From the human T2T-CHM13v2.0 reference genome, Homo sapiens: 64,000 bases of DNA. Both the position numbers and the translations under genes were made by a program. The notes below the pieces were generated by a model. The model saw only the letters and a list, made by a program, of their open reading frames with translations, did no database searches and was not told the origin of the DNA. Positions 40,039-54,750 of this stretch are shown piece after piece (position 1 is the first letter of the stretch; each line of letters starts with the position of its first letter). Where the stretch lies: the NCBI RefSeq assembly GCF_009914755.1, contig NC_060932.1; one strand, written 5' to 3'.

Positions 40039-43000
40039 GCACTCATTACTTCTTTTCCAATCTGTGTGCCCTTTATTTCCTTTCATATAATTGTCAACAC
40101 TTGTGAATAAGAGTTTTCAGAGCAGACGTTCTTGCCTTGCTCCCAATCTTAGGGTAAAATCTTTCACCATTGGGTATAGTGTTACATATAGTTTTGGGGG
40201 GTTTTTTTCTTAGTTGCTCTTTCTCAGGTTGAGGAATTCCCCTTATATTTCTATTATTCTAATAATTTTTAGCATAAATGGGTGTTACATTTTGTCCAGT
40301 TTCTCTATATAGGCTGATACAATTTTCTAGTTTTTCTTCTTTAGTTAATTAATATAGTGGATTACATTGATTGATTTTGAATATTTAACCAGCCACGCAT
40401 CCCTTGGAATAAACTCCACTGTTCATGGTGTATAATTTGTTCTTTATGTTGCTAAATTCTATTTGGTAATATTATATTAAGAGCTTTGTATCTATCTACA
40501 TAGTTAATATCAACCTGTTGTTTTTTGTAACATCTTTGGTTTTGATATCAAAGTAATATAAGCTTCAAAAAATAAATTGGAAAATGTTTTCACTTCTTCT
40601 AGTTTCTGGAAGAGATTGTATAGAATTGATGCTAATTCTTTAAATATCTGGTGACATTTTCTAATTAACCAATCTGGGATTGGGGATTCCTCTGGGGAGA
40701 GATTTTAAATTACGGATTCAATTTTCTTAAGAGTTATCTCTATTAAGATTGTCTATTTCTGCTTGAATCTGTTTTGATGTTTGTGTTTATAAAGGAATTT
40801 GTTCATTTTACCTAAGTTGTCATATTTATGTGTGTAGAGTTGATCATAATATTCCTTTATTATCCTTTTAATGTCTGCAAGGTCAATAGTGATATCTCCT
40901 CTTATATGCCAGATATCGGTAAGTCGTGACTTCTCTCTTGTTTTATCAGTCTTGCTAGACATTTGACAATTTTTATCAATCTCATCAAAGAACGAACTAG
41001 TTTCAACAATTTTCTCTTTTGTTGTGCTTTTTCTATTTCATAGATTTTGTTCTTATCTATCCATATCCTTCCATTTGCTGGCCTTGGGTTTACTTTGCTC
41101 TGGGTTTTTTAGATTTTTGAGGTAGGATTTTAGATTACAAGTTTTTAATACATGCATTCATTGCCATAATTTTTCCTCTAAGTATTACATTAACTTTGTC
41201 TCAAAAATGATGATATCTTGTATTTTCGTTGTCATTCAGTTCAATGTACTTTTAAAATATTTTCTTTTTCTTTGACTCAATGTATTGGTTAGTTTTTGTA
41301 TGTTTGGATATTTTCTTATCATTTTGTTATCGATTTCTGGTTTGTTTCTGCTGCAGCTGAAGAATCCATTCTGTATGTTGTCAGTTCTTTTAAATGTGTT
41401 GAGATTGTTTTATCCCCAAATATATACACTATCTTGAAATATTTCCCATAGGCCCTTTTAAATAGTATGTATTGGACCATTTTTAGGGGCAACGATTAGA
41501 TACTGTGCTTGATGGTGTTGTTGAGTTCTACACTGTTGCTGATTTTCTGTCTCGTTGTTTATCACTTTTTGACACAAGGGTATTGACGTCTTTAACTATA
41601 ATTTTGAATTTCTTAACTTTTTTCTTTTAATTTTATTAGTTTATGCTTCACATATTTGCGGCTCTATTATTTGGTGCATACAAATTTAGGAATACTGTCC
41701 TTCATAGTGTGGATTGACCCTTTTATCTTTAAATCAGATTCTTTCCTGTCTCTGGTAATTTTCTTTGCTCTGAAGACTCCCTTATCTAGTTAATATAGTC
41801 ACTCCTGCTTTCTTTTGATTGTTTGTGTGATATAACTTTTGCCATCTCATTTTTCAACATTTCTATATAGTTATATCTAATCACTGTTTGTAGGTAGAAC
41901 ACAGATACATCTTTTTTTTTAAATCAATTCTGCAAATCTCTGTATTTCCATTGTTGCATTTAGATTATTTATGTCTAATTTAATTACGGGTATGTTAATG
42001 CTTAAGTTTGCCATTTTATTTTGTGTTTTCTTTGTTCTCTCTCTCTTTTTTTAATCTGCCTTCCCATGGGTTATTTGAACTTTTTAGCATTCAAGTTTGT
42101 TTATTTAGAATGTTTTTAAGTATATCTCTTTGTATAGCTTCTTTAGTCGTTTCTCAAGAAATTTTATTTTATATATATATATATATATACATACATATAT
42201 ATATGGCAATTTACTAGTGTCATTATTTTATCACTTCAAATGAAGTGTGGAATCCTTATCTCCCTTTAAGTCACTTTACTGTACTCCATTTATAATGTAA
42301 TTGTCTTAAATATTTTCTCTAAGTACACTTAGAACCACATCAGGGACTGTTACAATTTTTGATCCAAATATCAATCATAATTTAGAAAACTCAAGAGAAC
42401 AAAGTCTATCTTATTTACACATATTTTTACTGAACATGTTCTTTCTTCCTTTCTGATATTCTCAGTTTACTTTGTCATTCCTTTCTACTTATAAAACTTT
42501 CTTTAGCTAATTTTTATTGTAGGTCTGCTGGCAAAAAAAAATAGTTTTTCTTCATCAAGGCATTCTCAAGGATATTTTCACTGAATATAACGTTCTGAGC
42601 TAACAGTTCTTGTCTTTCAGCACTTGAAAAATGTCACTTTCTTCAAGCCTCCATAGTTTTTAATGAGAAATCTGCTTTCATCAAAATTTGCTTGCTCCTG
42701 TTGGCAAGGTGTCATTTCTGTCTTGAGGTTTTCAAATGTTTGTTTAGTTTTCAGAAATTTGACCGTGATGTATCCAGTTTTGTATTTTGAGGGGCTTATC
42801 CTGTTAAGGTTAGTCTAGCTTATTAAATCTGTAAATGCATGACTTTTGCCAAGTTTGGGGATTTTTTTCAGCCATTATTTTCTCAACTACTTTTTCATAT
42901 TAACCCTGTTTCTCTTCTTCTTCTGAGACTCTTGTGACTCAGAATTTAACAAATGACAAATGTTAAGTGTTTTTCATAATCTCACAGATTCCTGAGGCTT

Positions 43001-43117
43001 TGATCGTCCTTTTTCAATATATTTTTTTTCTGTTTCTTAGATTGGATAATTTCTATTGTTCTTTCATTTCTCTGATTCTTTCTTCCGTACCATCCATTCT
43101 TCTTTTGAGTCATTCTA

Positions 43118-44312
43118 ATATGGTCCATACCAAATTCATACGTTGAATCCTAACCCCTACAGAGATGGTGGTAAGAGGCAAGGGCTTTGGGAGATGAATA
43201 GGTCCTGAGGGTTCTGCTCTCATGAATGAAATTAGTGTTCTTTTTTTAATTATTATACTTTAAGTTTTAGGGTACATGTGCACAACGTGCAAGTTAGTTA
43301 CATATGTATACATGTGCCATGCTGGTGTGCTGCACCCAGTAACTCGTCATTTAACATTAGGTATATCTCCTAATGCTATCCCTCCCCCTCCCCCCACCCC
43401 CCAACAAGCCCTGGTGTGTGAGGTTCCCCTTCCTGTGTCCATGTGTTCTCATTGTTCAATTCCCACCTATGAGTGAGAACATATGGTGTTTGGTTTTTTG
43501 TCCTTGCAATAGTTTGCTGAGAATGATGGTTTACAGCTTCATCCATGTCCCTACAAAGGACATGAACTCATCATTTTTTATGGCTGCATAGTATTCCATG
43601 GTGTACATATGCCACATTTTCTTAATCCAGTCTATCATTGTTGAACATTTGGGTTGGTTCCAAGTCTTTGCTATTGTGAACAGTGCCGCAATAAACATAC
43701 ATGTGCTTGTGTCTTTATAGCAGCATGATTTATAATCCTTTGGGTATATACCCAGCAATGGGATGCCTGGGGCAAATGGTATTTCTAGTTCTAGATCCCT
43801 GAGGAATCGCCACACTGACTTCCACAATGGTTGAACTAGTTTACAGTCCCACCAACAGTGTAAAAGTGTTCCTATTTCTCCACATCCTCTCCAGCACCTG
43901 TTGTTTCCTGACTTTTTAATGATTGCCATTCTAACTGGTGTGAGATGGTATCTCATTGTGGTTTTGATTTGCATTTCTCTGATGGCCAGTGATGATGAGC
44001 ATTTTTTCATGTGTCTTTTGGCTGCATAAATGTCTTCTTTTGAGAAGTGTCTGTTCATATCCTTCGCCCACTTTTTGATGGGGTTGTTTGTTTTTTTCTT
44101 GTAAATTAAAGAAGGCCTGAGAGAGCTTGTGAAAGCATAGCTAGAGGGCACCACATTTGAGGCAGAGAGCAAGCCCTCACCAGACATTAAATTTGCTGGA
44201 GACTTTGACCTTTCGATTTCCCAGCATCCAAAACTGTGGACAATAATTATCTGTTGTTTATGAATTATTAGTTTAAGGTATTTTGTTATAGCAGCCTGAA
44301 TAGACTTAAGAC
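43118..44312 (+). mobile_element. MLT1A-type MaLR LTR split by an L1PA
   Basis: 5' part caaattcatacgttgaatcctaacccc...ctcatgaatgaaattagtg. 3' part gccctcaccagacattaaatttgctgg...ttgttatagcagcctgaatagacttaagaca. Confidence 0.85.
43240..44106 (-). mobile_element. Young L1PA 5'-truncated insertion (~870 bp)
   Basis: Near-consensus 3' UTR. ORF 43531..44187 encodes the L1 ORF2p C-terminus ([36 protein letters not shown]). Confidence 0.96.
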
Positions 44313-44384
44313 ATAATCCTTTGAGTTTTTCATTTTAATTATTGTGTTTGTTAGATAAAACTTTCCATTTGTTTCTTCTTTATT

Positions 44385-44717
44385 CAGTTGTACCTTTGAG
44401 TCCACAGTGGATTGTTTCTGGAATCCTCCATGAATAGCAAAATTTATAGATGCTCAAGTCCCTTATTGAAAATGGCATAATATTTGCATATTACCTATGC
44501 ACGTCCTCTTATACACATTAAGAAATCTGGATTACTTATAATACCTAATTCAACATAAAAGTCATTCTAATAGTTATTGTACCGTATTAACTTTTCTTAA
44601 AAATTTGCATTATTTTTAATTGTTATATTATTATTTTATTGTTTTTTTCAAATATTTTTTATCTGTGGTTTGTTGAATCTGCACTATGTAAAAACCATGA
44701 AGATGGAGGGCTGATTA
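44385..44717 (+). mobile_element. MER2 (TcMar-Tigger) DNA transposon
   Basis: gatgctcaagtcccttattgaaaatggcataatatttgcatat...gattacttataatacctaat...gatggagggctgat. Confidence 0.85.
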
Positions 44718-45909
44718 TACCTTCTTTTTCTTTTCTGAAACCTACTATTTTTAAAAATTTGATTCAAGTATCTTTGTAATTGCTCATTGAAGAATTTTAA
44801 TGATGGCTGCTTTTAAATCTTTGTCAGATAATTTTAACATCTCTATCACTTTGGTGTTGGCATCCATTGATAAACTTTTTTCACTTAGTTTGAGATCTTA
44901 CTAGTTCTTGGTATGACAAACTATTTCTTATTAAACCTGAACCTTCAAGCATTATGTTAAGATATTCTTGATTTTATTTAAACTTCTGTTTTAGATGGAT
45001 TCCTCTGACACTTCTCTAACAGGCAAATAAGAGGGTACCACCATATAACTGCAAGGTTAGATGGCAGTACAAATTCTTTCATGGCTTCTTTTGATACTAA
45101 AGGGAATGGGTTAGTATTACTGCAGAGTTGGTGTGGAAGTTCATGTTTCTTACTAGAATTTTCCTGATTATCTGTGTTCAAGGCTATGCAACTCAAAGCT
45201 TAGCAATACTTTGTAACTGTGTCCCATACATCTGTGGATATTGCTTAAAGGCACCCATAGCGTTTCTCGTGTCTGAAAGGGGAGTGAAGTAAGCCACCAT
45301 CTCCTCAGACAGCCTCTCCTAGTTCATCCAGAATGGCTCAGATTTTACCTCTTTTCTGTTCTGGGGCTCAACATAGAATTTTATTTGAAGAAAAAATTCT
45401 GCCAATTAAAAAGTGCTTGAAAATATCTTAAATTTCAATTTTTCTCAAATGAAATTCTACAAGGGAATTAAGTTCTGTAAGATATTATCTTAGTGACTAT
45501 TTTCTCAGTTCTCCCCAGAATGGTACATGGCTAGCAATACTGTAGATGCATAGATTAGTTTATTAATTACATACACTAAATATCTTAGAATGTTGGAAAT
45601 TAATTCTGTTGTAGTAGTGAAGTGAGAAAGCTTGCAACCATCATATGTTGTCAAGAGTTTGCACATGGCATATTCCAAATAACTAAGACTTTAAAAAAGA
45701 ATTAGCACTATTTCAGAAAAAATAATTATACCAATTAACTTGAAAAAAGAAATTTGTTTTTGTTCTAAAGGAGGAAGCACAAGTAGTTTTGAGCATTTAA
45801 TCAAATTATGCTCTACCAGTTACAAAGAAGCAACAAACAGTTCTAACTATGCCAAATATCTACTTAAAATCTAAATACAAAGAATAAAGATAATATTGAG
45901 TTTGTGGAT

Positions 45910-46265
45910 TGCATTAGTCTGTTCTCATGCTGCTGACAAAGATGTACTCAAGACTGGAGAATTTACAAAATAAAGAGATTTAAAGGACTTACAGTTACAC
46001 GTGGCTGGAGAGGCCTCACAATCATGGCAGACAGAAAGGAGAAGGAAGTCACACCTTACACGGATGACAGCAGGCAAAGAGAGAGAGCTTGTGCAGGGGA
46101 AATCTCCCTCATAAAACCATCAGATCTCGTGAGACTCATTCACCAACATGAGAACAGCACAGGAAAGACCTGCCCCCATGATTTAATTACCTCCCACTGG
46201 GTCGCTCCCACAACACATGGGACTTCAAGATGAGATTTGGGTGGGGACACAGCCAAACTATACCA
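45910..46265 (-). mobile_element. THE1B MaLR solo LTR
   Basis: tgcattagtctgttctcatgctgctg...gatgagatttgggtggggacacagccaaactatacca, with a perfect 5-bp TSD tggat. Confidence 0.93.
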
Positions 46266-48837
46266 TGGATGTTATGCAAAATTCATGAAAATATTATTGG
46301 TCAAAGCCTGAAAACCTTAATAATCAAACTCATAGAGTACCTTATTTTCTGTATGCTCACAGATGAAAAGGATATAACTTTTCATCCTTATTCTATATCT
46401 TTTTTTATTCTACATGAGCACTGTGGCTATGCCACTCAAGTTTGTCCCCACTGGGAGGCAAGAGAGTATTCCTAGTGTGCTGTGGTACAAGATTTGGTAC
46501 CATAACTATTGTGATTCAGAAGACAGAAAATGCACTCCTCCTTCCATTTTATCACAAGATGGCAGATAATACAATGAAGTCAACTAGTAGGGGCTATGTG
46601 TCACAGTGAAATGAGCCATTCAGAATCGACCTTCCCAGCCTGAAACCATGGCTTTTCCATACCTCTTTTCATCAAAAAACATGGATGAACATTGAGACAC
46701 AAAGAAGCAAAACATATTAAGTGCAGTGACAATGTCTACTTCAATGAGCCTATCAACATTGCCTGAATGAGGAAACACAGATATTTACTCAGAGGACTCA
46801 CTAGTACCATTAGCAAGTTCTGGGGACTACTCAGTCTCTGAGTTTCAGTACTGACAACAACATTACATTCTAACAACATTTTCTACAAATCAACGGTGGT
46901 GCAATCAGAGTCTCAGGCTAGTTAAGGGCTACAAAGATAAACATATCATAATAAAAATATTTTGACATACCACCAAAAAAGTTTAATTTTAAATGCTTAA
47001 AAATTTTTCCTGCTTTCTGTCAGAGGACAAAGAGCCACCTTATTTTATTTGAGAAATGATTTTTTTTTCTTTTAAGCACCAAGAACCAGCTAAGACAAAG
47101 TATACAGGAAATCATAAAAGTCATTCTAGGACCATAGTTTTCATTGTAACCAGATCAGTATAGGACATAAGAATCCTCTTCACTAAAAAAATATAAAGAA
47201 GTTTATGTATAAAATCTGGGTTATCAAAGACCAGCTGACACTAAATGTTTTGCTCCGTATCTTAATTTGATCTCAAAGACATCTCCATCTCAAATAAATA
47301 AATAAATAAATGAAACAAAAACAATTCTTCAAGGTCCCCAACAGCAAGCGCAGAGAAGAGACCTGGTGATTCTATAGCTACTAGAACATCATAGAGAATA
47401 GCAAAACAATAGAGGATTCCCTTGTAATATAAATGGGCATAAGATAGGTTATAACCCAAACTATGTTTCTTATTTCTCTTTTGGGCTGTTTAGTGTTTGG
47501 TCTCAATTAGTGATCCTGATGACTCCATTGAATGTGGCAAAATGTAAAGGTTTTGGTTGCAATAAAAGTATGAATCAGAAGCACTTCAACCTCTACCTGC
47601 TTACTGAAACCATAAACAGGATCAGCACTAATTTTGCGCAGATCCCCGCTTGCCTAGCTTTCCATTTTCTGGGAAGACCCATATTCTTTGTATCCATACT
47701 CTATGAGTTGTTGGAAGATTCTTTGACATTTTAAAATATATTTTTAGATTATTTTTTTTCAGTTATGTTCTGGTCTATTGAATAAATATACATATTTGAA
47801 ATGCATTTTGAATATTATAGTTTTACACTATGGATAAAACCACAGAAAAGTAAAAATTCATGTTGTTTGCTGAGATCTTGATCTTTTCCCTATTCCCCTC
47901 AAATGGTAATGAAAAGGTAAAAACAGATTTAGTGTTCTAGTTCTATTATGATAAAATATTTCATTGTTTTTAGAGTTACTGATTTGAGAGACACATTCAT
48001 AACAAGGTTATTATTGTAATTCTACCTGGAATGTCAGTAATAATTTATAGGAAACCTATAGAATATGTAAATCAGTAGCAGAAGAAGCATTGTCAAAAAT
48101 ACAGGATAAATTTTCATGTCCATATGAAATTCAGCAAGACCTCTTCTGAAAATGGTGACAGGGAGGGGAATTGAAAGGAATAAATTATTGGGCTAATTTA
48201 TATTATTAATTGTTATGCCAGTGTTTGGAGAAAGAGTTTAAAATGAACTGAACAATGTAAGTGTTACAGCTAATGAATCATCAAGATTTTTAAAGATAGC
48301 ATTTTGTTAATAATACTAGTAAAAAATTAAATCTACATTAACAGATAAACTGAAATCAAACATATATTGTATTCGGCAAACAATCATCAGAGGCCTATAG
48401 GGATCCTACATTGAGAGTGAGAAATTTTCCTGCTTGGAGTCTACTAAAGCAAAATAGAGTTAGAAAATAAAATTAAGTAATTGTGCTGTGTTTAGGCTAT
48501 GGGGAAGAAATAAATAAAAAGCTAATTGGACAGAAGAGTAGCAAGAAATCAGAGAAACCAGATTTCCTTGTTGCTAGCGGTGTTTTGCTTCAATAAATTA
48601 GAAAGGTGTAAATTACACTCCAAATTGAAATTCAATCTACTACCATAAATAGAAAAAATACATCTACGTTTGCATTTCTGTCCATGGAACATTTAGATCT
48701 CTGACGGAAGGACCACCTGATGTCAGAGCTCTTTCAAATAAAATCCTTTCAGAAGCATATAGCTTTCGATGAAATGAAAATGTGATGGAGATGGAGTCTT
48801 GATAATGTCTGTTTTAAAATTGCTGTTTAAAAGAATG

Positions 48838-49019
48838 TTATAAGAAGGTGAAACTTGTCCAAGGACTTGGGAAAGATTTAAGGTCACAGCCAGAGTCTAT
48901 TAAAGGCTAGTTACTAAAGAGTAGGTAACATGTTGATCACAAATAAGTGGAAAAAATTATAAAACACTGGTACATAATTATATCAGCAGTGATCCTACAC
49001 CCCAAACCAAAATTTCTTT
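48838..49019 (+). repeat. 182-bp direct repeat, copy 1
   Basis: Ungapped match to 50444-50625, about 27 mismatches by manual alignment. Confidence 0.9.
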
Positions 49020-49389
49020 ATATTTTTGTTATGATTCAGAAAATTTTCCAAAATCTGGAAACTGTCCCCATTCTTAAAACCATGAGCTTTGGCTAACTGG
49101 CTAAGACTACTTTTAGCTTTAATATTTTATGATTTGAAGATTTATATCAAGAACAGTAAAGCTTAATGAAAGAACCAAAGAACCAGTAGTTCTAATTTAA
49201 GGCCTAAGGTGAATTGGGGCAATGTGTTTGTTTTTTATTTGCTTAACATGTTATTAAATTTCCATTTTCTTCTAGGTCTATAATTTAGTGAGAGGTTTAA
49301 AAAATAAATATTTAAAAAATAATCGCATGACATTATGTTCAAAATCATTGTCAATTTCTATGATTATGCAAATAAAAATGAAATATTTT

Positions 49390-49990
49390 ACATCAATTGA
49401 CTGAAAAACATTGGGAAGATAGGTAATGCCAAGTGTTAGTGGAGACATAAAGAATCAGAGACCCTCTTATATTGCTGATGGAAGCATAGACTGGTAGAAT
49501 CAGCATGGGGAACACACTGGAACCAATCAGACAAATTAAGCATTATCCCATTCTATAAGCATATCATACCCTCTCAGGGTAATCATTTCCCAAAGAAATG
49601 TGACACTAGCCCAGATCACTAGCATGTTCATTAAAATATTATTTATAGTGGCAGAAATTGGAAGCAATTTCTGTGACCATCACTATATAAAAAGGTGAAA
49701 AGGCAAGAATACATACTGTTGACTAAAGCAATGTAGACTACATACAACATGGAGATATCTAAAAATACGCATTGTCATGAAAAAAGAAATAGACTATCAC
49801 ATTACATGAAACTCTTTAGACGGATCAAAAGTATTTGCAAAAATAAGAACAGAAAACTATTTTCTTAGATTACAAACACAAAACATATACATTAAAACTC
49901 AGTAGAATGATTTTGTGGCAATAGGAAAAGGAGATTATGATTATAAAAGAGAATAAATAGCAATAATAATAATAAATGAAACAAGAATGA
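49390..49990 (+). mobile_element. Old L1ME-type 3' fragment
   Basis: taatgccaagtgttagtggagac...ctcttatattgctgatggaagcatagactggt. Confidence 0.5.
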
Positions 49991-50169
49991 TAGTGTGCCA
50001 TGATTTGAGGAACACAATAATCAACCCTCTAGACATCTGGGGTCTAGAAGAAATAAAATAAAGAAAATTTAACAAATATTTTATTCAAAATAAAATAAAT
50101 TAATAGCCAAAATTCTGCCCTAAATTAAAAACAAAACAAAAATTTCTATGGGTATAGTGCATGCTGATT

Positions 50170-50400
50170 AATATATAGCCTCTATGTATCAGGCATATGC
50201 TATCCATTTTTAATGCATCATCCCTTTTCATTTTCACAATTCCATAAAATAGACATTCTTATCCTCAATTTACATTTGGCGTAACTGAGTCTTAAAAGGC
50301 TCATTTTTGCCCAAAGACCTACAGCTTTTTTGTGTTAGAAGCAAGAGTCAAACCCAGATTTGTTAACACTGAAGCTCATCTCTTTAATCTCTATAAAATG
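50170..50400 (-). mobile_element. MIR SINE
   Basis: ttatcctcaatttac...taactgagtctt...tttgcccaaagacctacagct...aagagtcaaacccagattt. Confidence 0.65.
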
Positions 50401-50443
50401 TACAGTCAAGCTTCTCAAAAAAGTAGCCCACATTTGCTATGTC

Positions 50444-50625
50444 TTATAAGAGGGTAAGACTTGTCCAAGGACTTGGAAAAGACTTCAGGTGGCAGCTAGA
50501 ATCTATTATGGGACAGTTACTAAGGAGTAGGTAACTTGTTGATCAGAGAGAAGTGAAAAAAATTGTACAACACTGGTTCTAAACTATATCAGCAGTGATA
50601 CTACACCCCAAACCAAAATTTCTTT
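50444..50625 (+). repeat. 182-bp direct repeat, copy 2
   Basis: Shares acttgtccaaggacttgg...ctacaccccaaaccaaaatttcttt with copy 1. Confidence 0.9.
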
Positions 50626-50689
50626 GGTTTGGAATATTTGTATTCCCTGTGCTGCCCCCTCCCCCATTTTTTAAATTAATTTCATCCCC

Positions 50690-51600
50690 ACTATCCCTAG
50701 ACAAGTGCCCTCCGTAACTTTCCACATGATCTCATCATTACCAAATCCACTAACACTAACCTGCTGCATTGGATAATGATCAGGCTCTTGGCTCCCTTCA
50801 CTTTTGTCCCACTACTCTCATCTAGTTCTCTTCATTTCTTCAAAATACCCTGACTCCTTTGTCCAACTTGTTAAATGTTGATGTTCCCCAAGAATTTAAT
50901 CTCAGAATCTTTAGGGACTGGTACTCTCTCCACATGTTCACCATGTGATAATCTCAGGCAATCATAGTTCATAGATTGATGACTTCTAAATCCATTCCAA
51001 ATCCACCAAACTATTGAAACCAGACAATATGTTTTTCTTTTTGTCTACCTTCTATGATCAATCACTGGACAAGTCTTGCATATTTTAGCTTTTAAATACT
51101 TTTCTAATTCATACACTTGTTTAAACCTATTAACCAACCTTGATTCAGACTTGCATTATTTCTTGACTACATTATCATAGTAGCTACTTACCTAATCTCC
51201 TTTTCTCTAATTTCGTCCTCCTTAACCTGATTAACTTGAAGTCATACTAATCCAGCTAAACTACCAGTGGGAAGCATCTCTTCCAAACTCTTCAATCATT
51301 TTTGCATTCCCTACAGGATTATCTTAATTTCCTTCACAGACCAACAAATTATCCTGTGACATGGTTCCTACACTGCTCTTGTGCATCCCATTTTATTATC
51401 TTGGGCTACTGAACTAATAATTCCTTGTACCAGGCTGTTTAGTTCACTTTTTTGTAACATGCTCTGCCCAGCAAATTCTTCCTATCTTTCTTTTCCTATT
51501 TTATACTTTTTTACCATTAAAGTATCATCTTCTCCATAAAGCCGTGTGTTAATACCTATGACCTATTATATCATCTTGGGGGACTTTGGGCAAATAATAT
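50690..51600 (+). mobile_element. L2 remnant
   Basis: Pyrimidine-rich L2-like sequence (ttaaatgttgatgttcccca, attgatgacttctaaatc). Confidence 0.5.
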
Positions 51601-51879
51601 CTAATAATACTTTTATCATATTACTAAAGTAGAAACATGTAATCTATATAGAACTTTTTTCCCACAAAGAGTTCAGCATTGTACTAAAATTCATTTAACT
51701 ACATTAACCTTAATGTAGACTTGAGTGTATTATGAGCATAAAATTTCATTTTGAAGATATGGTTTCCTTTCTGCAGAGTCTATAAAATAAAATTTTGCAT
51801 TTTGATTTCAATTACATGTAACATTTTGGGGGAGGTAAAATTGAAGGTGGAATATAGCTAAAATCCACAAGATCTTAAC

Positions 51880-54750
51880 GGTTCTATAATTATAACTAAA
51901 AATTCCAATACTACTTTCCCAGAAACTGATAGAAAAAGTAGACCAAAAAAAGAGTAAGTATATAGTCAACTTCAAAAACACTATCAATCAACATACATAC
52001 TTGATATTTGTAGAATTATCTACAAAAAACCTATAACTTTTTTTTTGGGTACACATGGAAAATTCACAAACATAAACCATATGCTATGTCATAAAATGTG
52101 TCTCGATCAATTTGAAAAAAATTAAATCATACATAGTATGTTCTCTGACCACAACAGAATTAGAAATCAATAATAGAAATATACAAGAAAAATTCTTAAA
52201 TATTTGAAAATTAGACTACACACTTCTAAATAAGTTAGCATTTGAAGAAGAAATCATTACAGAAATTAGAAAACATTTTGAACTGAACTCTAATGGCAAC
52301 TCATGAGGTCAAAACCTGTGGGATGTTGAGGAAGTAGTGTTGAGAGAGACAGAGCTTATATTAAAAAGAAAAGACAGATAACATCAGTGTTTTCAAGTAT
52401 TCACTTGAATAAACTAGAAAAAAAACAACAAATTAAAACCAAAGCAAAGAAGGAAGAATTTAACTGAAAAAATAATTAAATGATCAGTTTTTATGTTTAT
52501 AAAAATATTTAATTATCTCTTATCAAATATATTTAATACTGTATAAAGAATAATACATCATAACCAAATATATTAATTTCAGAGATGAAAAGTTGGTTTA
52601 ACATTCAGGAATCAATCATGAATTTCACTATATTAATATAAAAAGAAAAACATAATCATTTCAAATCATGCAGAAAAATAACTCAACAAAATTCAAAACC
52701 CATTCTTGATTAGAAAAACTGTCAGTAAACATGAATGGAATGAAAATTTCAATTTAATAAAGGACATGTTAATTGTGAAAATCTGCATGATTTTCCCCTA
52801 AATTTCCAGATTAGCCAAGGATGTTCCCTCTCACTACTTTTATTCACTACTGTTCTGCACTAGTCGAATAATAGAAAAGTAATAAAGACTTACCGATTGG
52901 AATTAAGAAATAAAACATTTTTTCAACAATGACATGGTGATCTAGACAGAAAAACCTGAGTAATCAGCAAAAAACTACCAAACTGATAAGTGAGTTTAGC
53001 AAGGTAATGGTTCACAAGATCAATATAAAAAGTCAATTGCATTTCTATATACTAGCAATCAACCATGGGAAATAAAATTTTAAAATGCCAATTTCAAAGG
53101 CATAATATTTATAATATAATTAATAGTAAATTAACCAAAATATGTATATAATGTATAAACTACAAATGACTGGGGGAAAGTAAAACAGACTTAAATAAAT
53201 GGAGAAGTATACCATGTTGTTGGTTTAAGTGATATATTATTAAGATGTTTATTTCTCCCCAAATCTATCTACAGAGTCAAAACAATTCCAATTAAAATTC
53301 CATCATGTTTGTTTGTACTGATTGATAAGTTAATTCTAAAATTTATATGAAAATGCATGGAAGAATAGCCAACATGATTTAAACCAAACATAAAAACAGA
53401 GAACTTCTTCTACATGGCTTTAAGACTTACTATAATGCTGTATTAGTCAAGGGACTGAGTAAGAATCAATGGAATAGAATAGTGTGTCTCCAAAATCACA
53501 CTGACATATGCCTGGAAAATCAGTTTTTCATAGTGATGCTAAGGCAATTTAATGGAGAAAATAAAATATTTTCCCCCCAAAAACAGTTAAATAATTAAAT
53601 ATCCACATGGAAACAAAACAACTTCGAACATACCACATACCACACATAAAAATTCACTCAAAATGTAGTATAGACACAAAAGTGAAACTAAAGCTACAGA
53701 ATTTCTAGAAGAAAACATAGGGGAAAATCTGAATAACCTTAATCTAAGGAAAAGTTTCATGGAAAGGACACATAGATGATTAGTAATAAAAGAAAAAGAT
53801 ATTTTGGAATGTATAAAATGTAAAGTCTGCTTTACACCAGAGATTGCTATGTAAGTAAAAAGATAAGCCAAATACTGAGATAAAATACTTGCAATATATA
53901 TCTGACAAGAGGATTTACATTAGAATATAAAACAAACTTTAAAAATAAGATGAAAAATTAAAATATGGAAAAAAGATTTGAATACACATCTTACAAAATA
54001 TGCTAAAAGCTAATAAGTGTATTAAAAGATGTTCTGCATTTTTGCATAGAAATACAAATTAAAATCACAAGGAGATACAAGCAGACCCCTACAAGACTGG
54101 CAATACCATGTGTTTGTGAGGATATAGAGCAACTGGAATTCTTGTGTAATGCTTGTAAAAACATGAATAGTAAATCCATTTTGGAAAACTGTTCATCAGT
54201 TTCTTACAAAGTCAAACATCCACTTACCATATGACCTAACAGTTCCATTTCTATATATCTACCCAAGACAAATAAAAATATGTCAACAACAAAGCTTGTA
54301 CAAAATTTTTAGAGCAGTTTTATTCATCACAATCCTAAACTGGAATCAATTCAAATATTCATCAACAGGTGAATGGATAAGCAAAGTTTCATACGTTCCT
54401 AAAAGGAAAGATAAGTCAGCAATTAAGCCCTCTGATACACAAAACGGCAAGGATGCATTTAAAAAAAAATGAGGTCAGATACAGAAAAGTACCTTCTGTG
54501 GTATTCCATTCCTGTGAAATTCTAGAATAAGTAAACTCATCTTCAGGGAAGTAGGGTTGTTAGGGTGTGGTGGGATTCACTGGGAAGAAGCATGAGGGAA
54601 TTTGAGGGCAGGTGTTGGAATATGTTTTATATCTTGATTGAGGGGTAGTTTTTAGTATATGTATTTGTCAAAACTCATCAAACTGCACATTAAAAGTCAG
54701 CATAATATGCTTTAGGTAAATTATACCTCAGTAGTGTTGATTTTCAAAGT
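51880..54750 (+). mobile_element. Old L1M LINE (ORF2 remnant to 3' UTR)
   Basis: Decayed ORF2 motifs (atgttctctgaccacaacagaattag, atttctagaagaaaacataggggaaaatc) and L1M 3' end (gtatttgtcaaaactcatcaaactgcaca). Confidence 0.85.

Noticed and set aside
39757-40110. Tyr/Ile/His-rich ORFs in six frames
   Set aside because: Translation of a (TATATG)n microsatellite.
43531-44187. 218-aa ORF
   Set aside because: L1 ORF2p C-terminal remnant fused by chance to MLT1A sequence. It is not a host gene.
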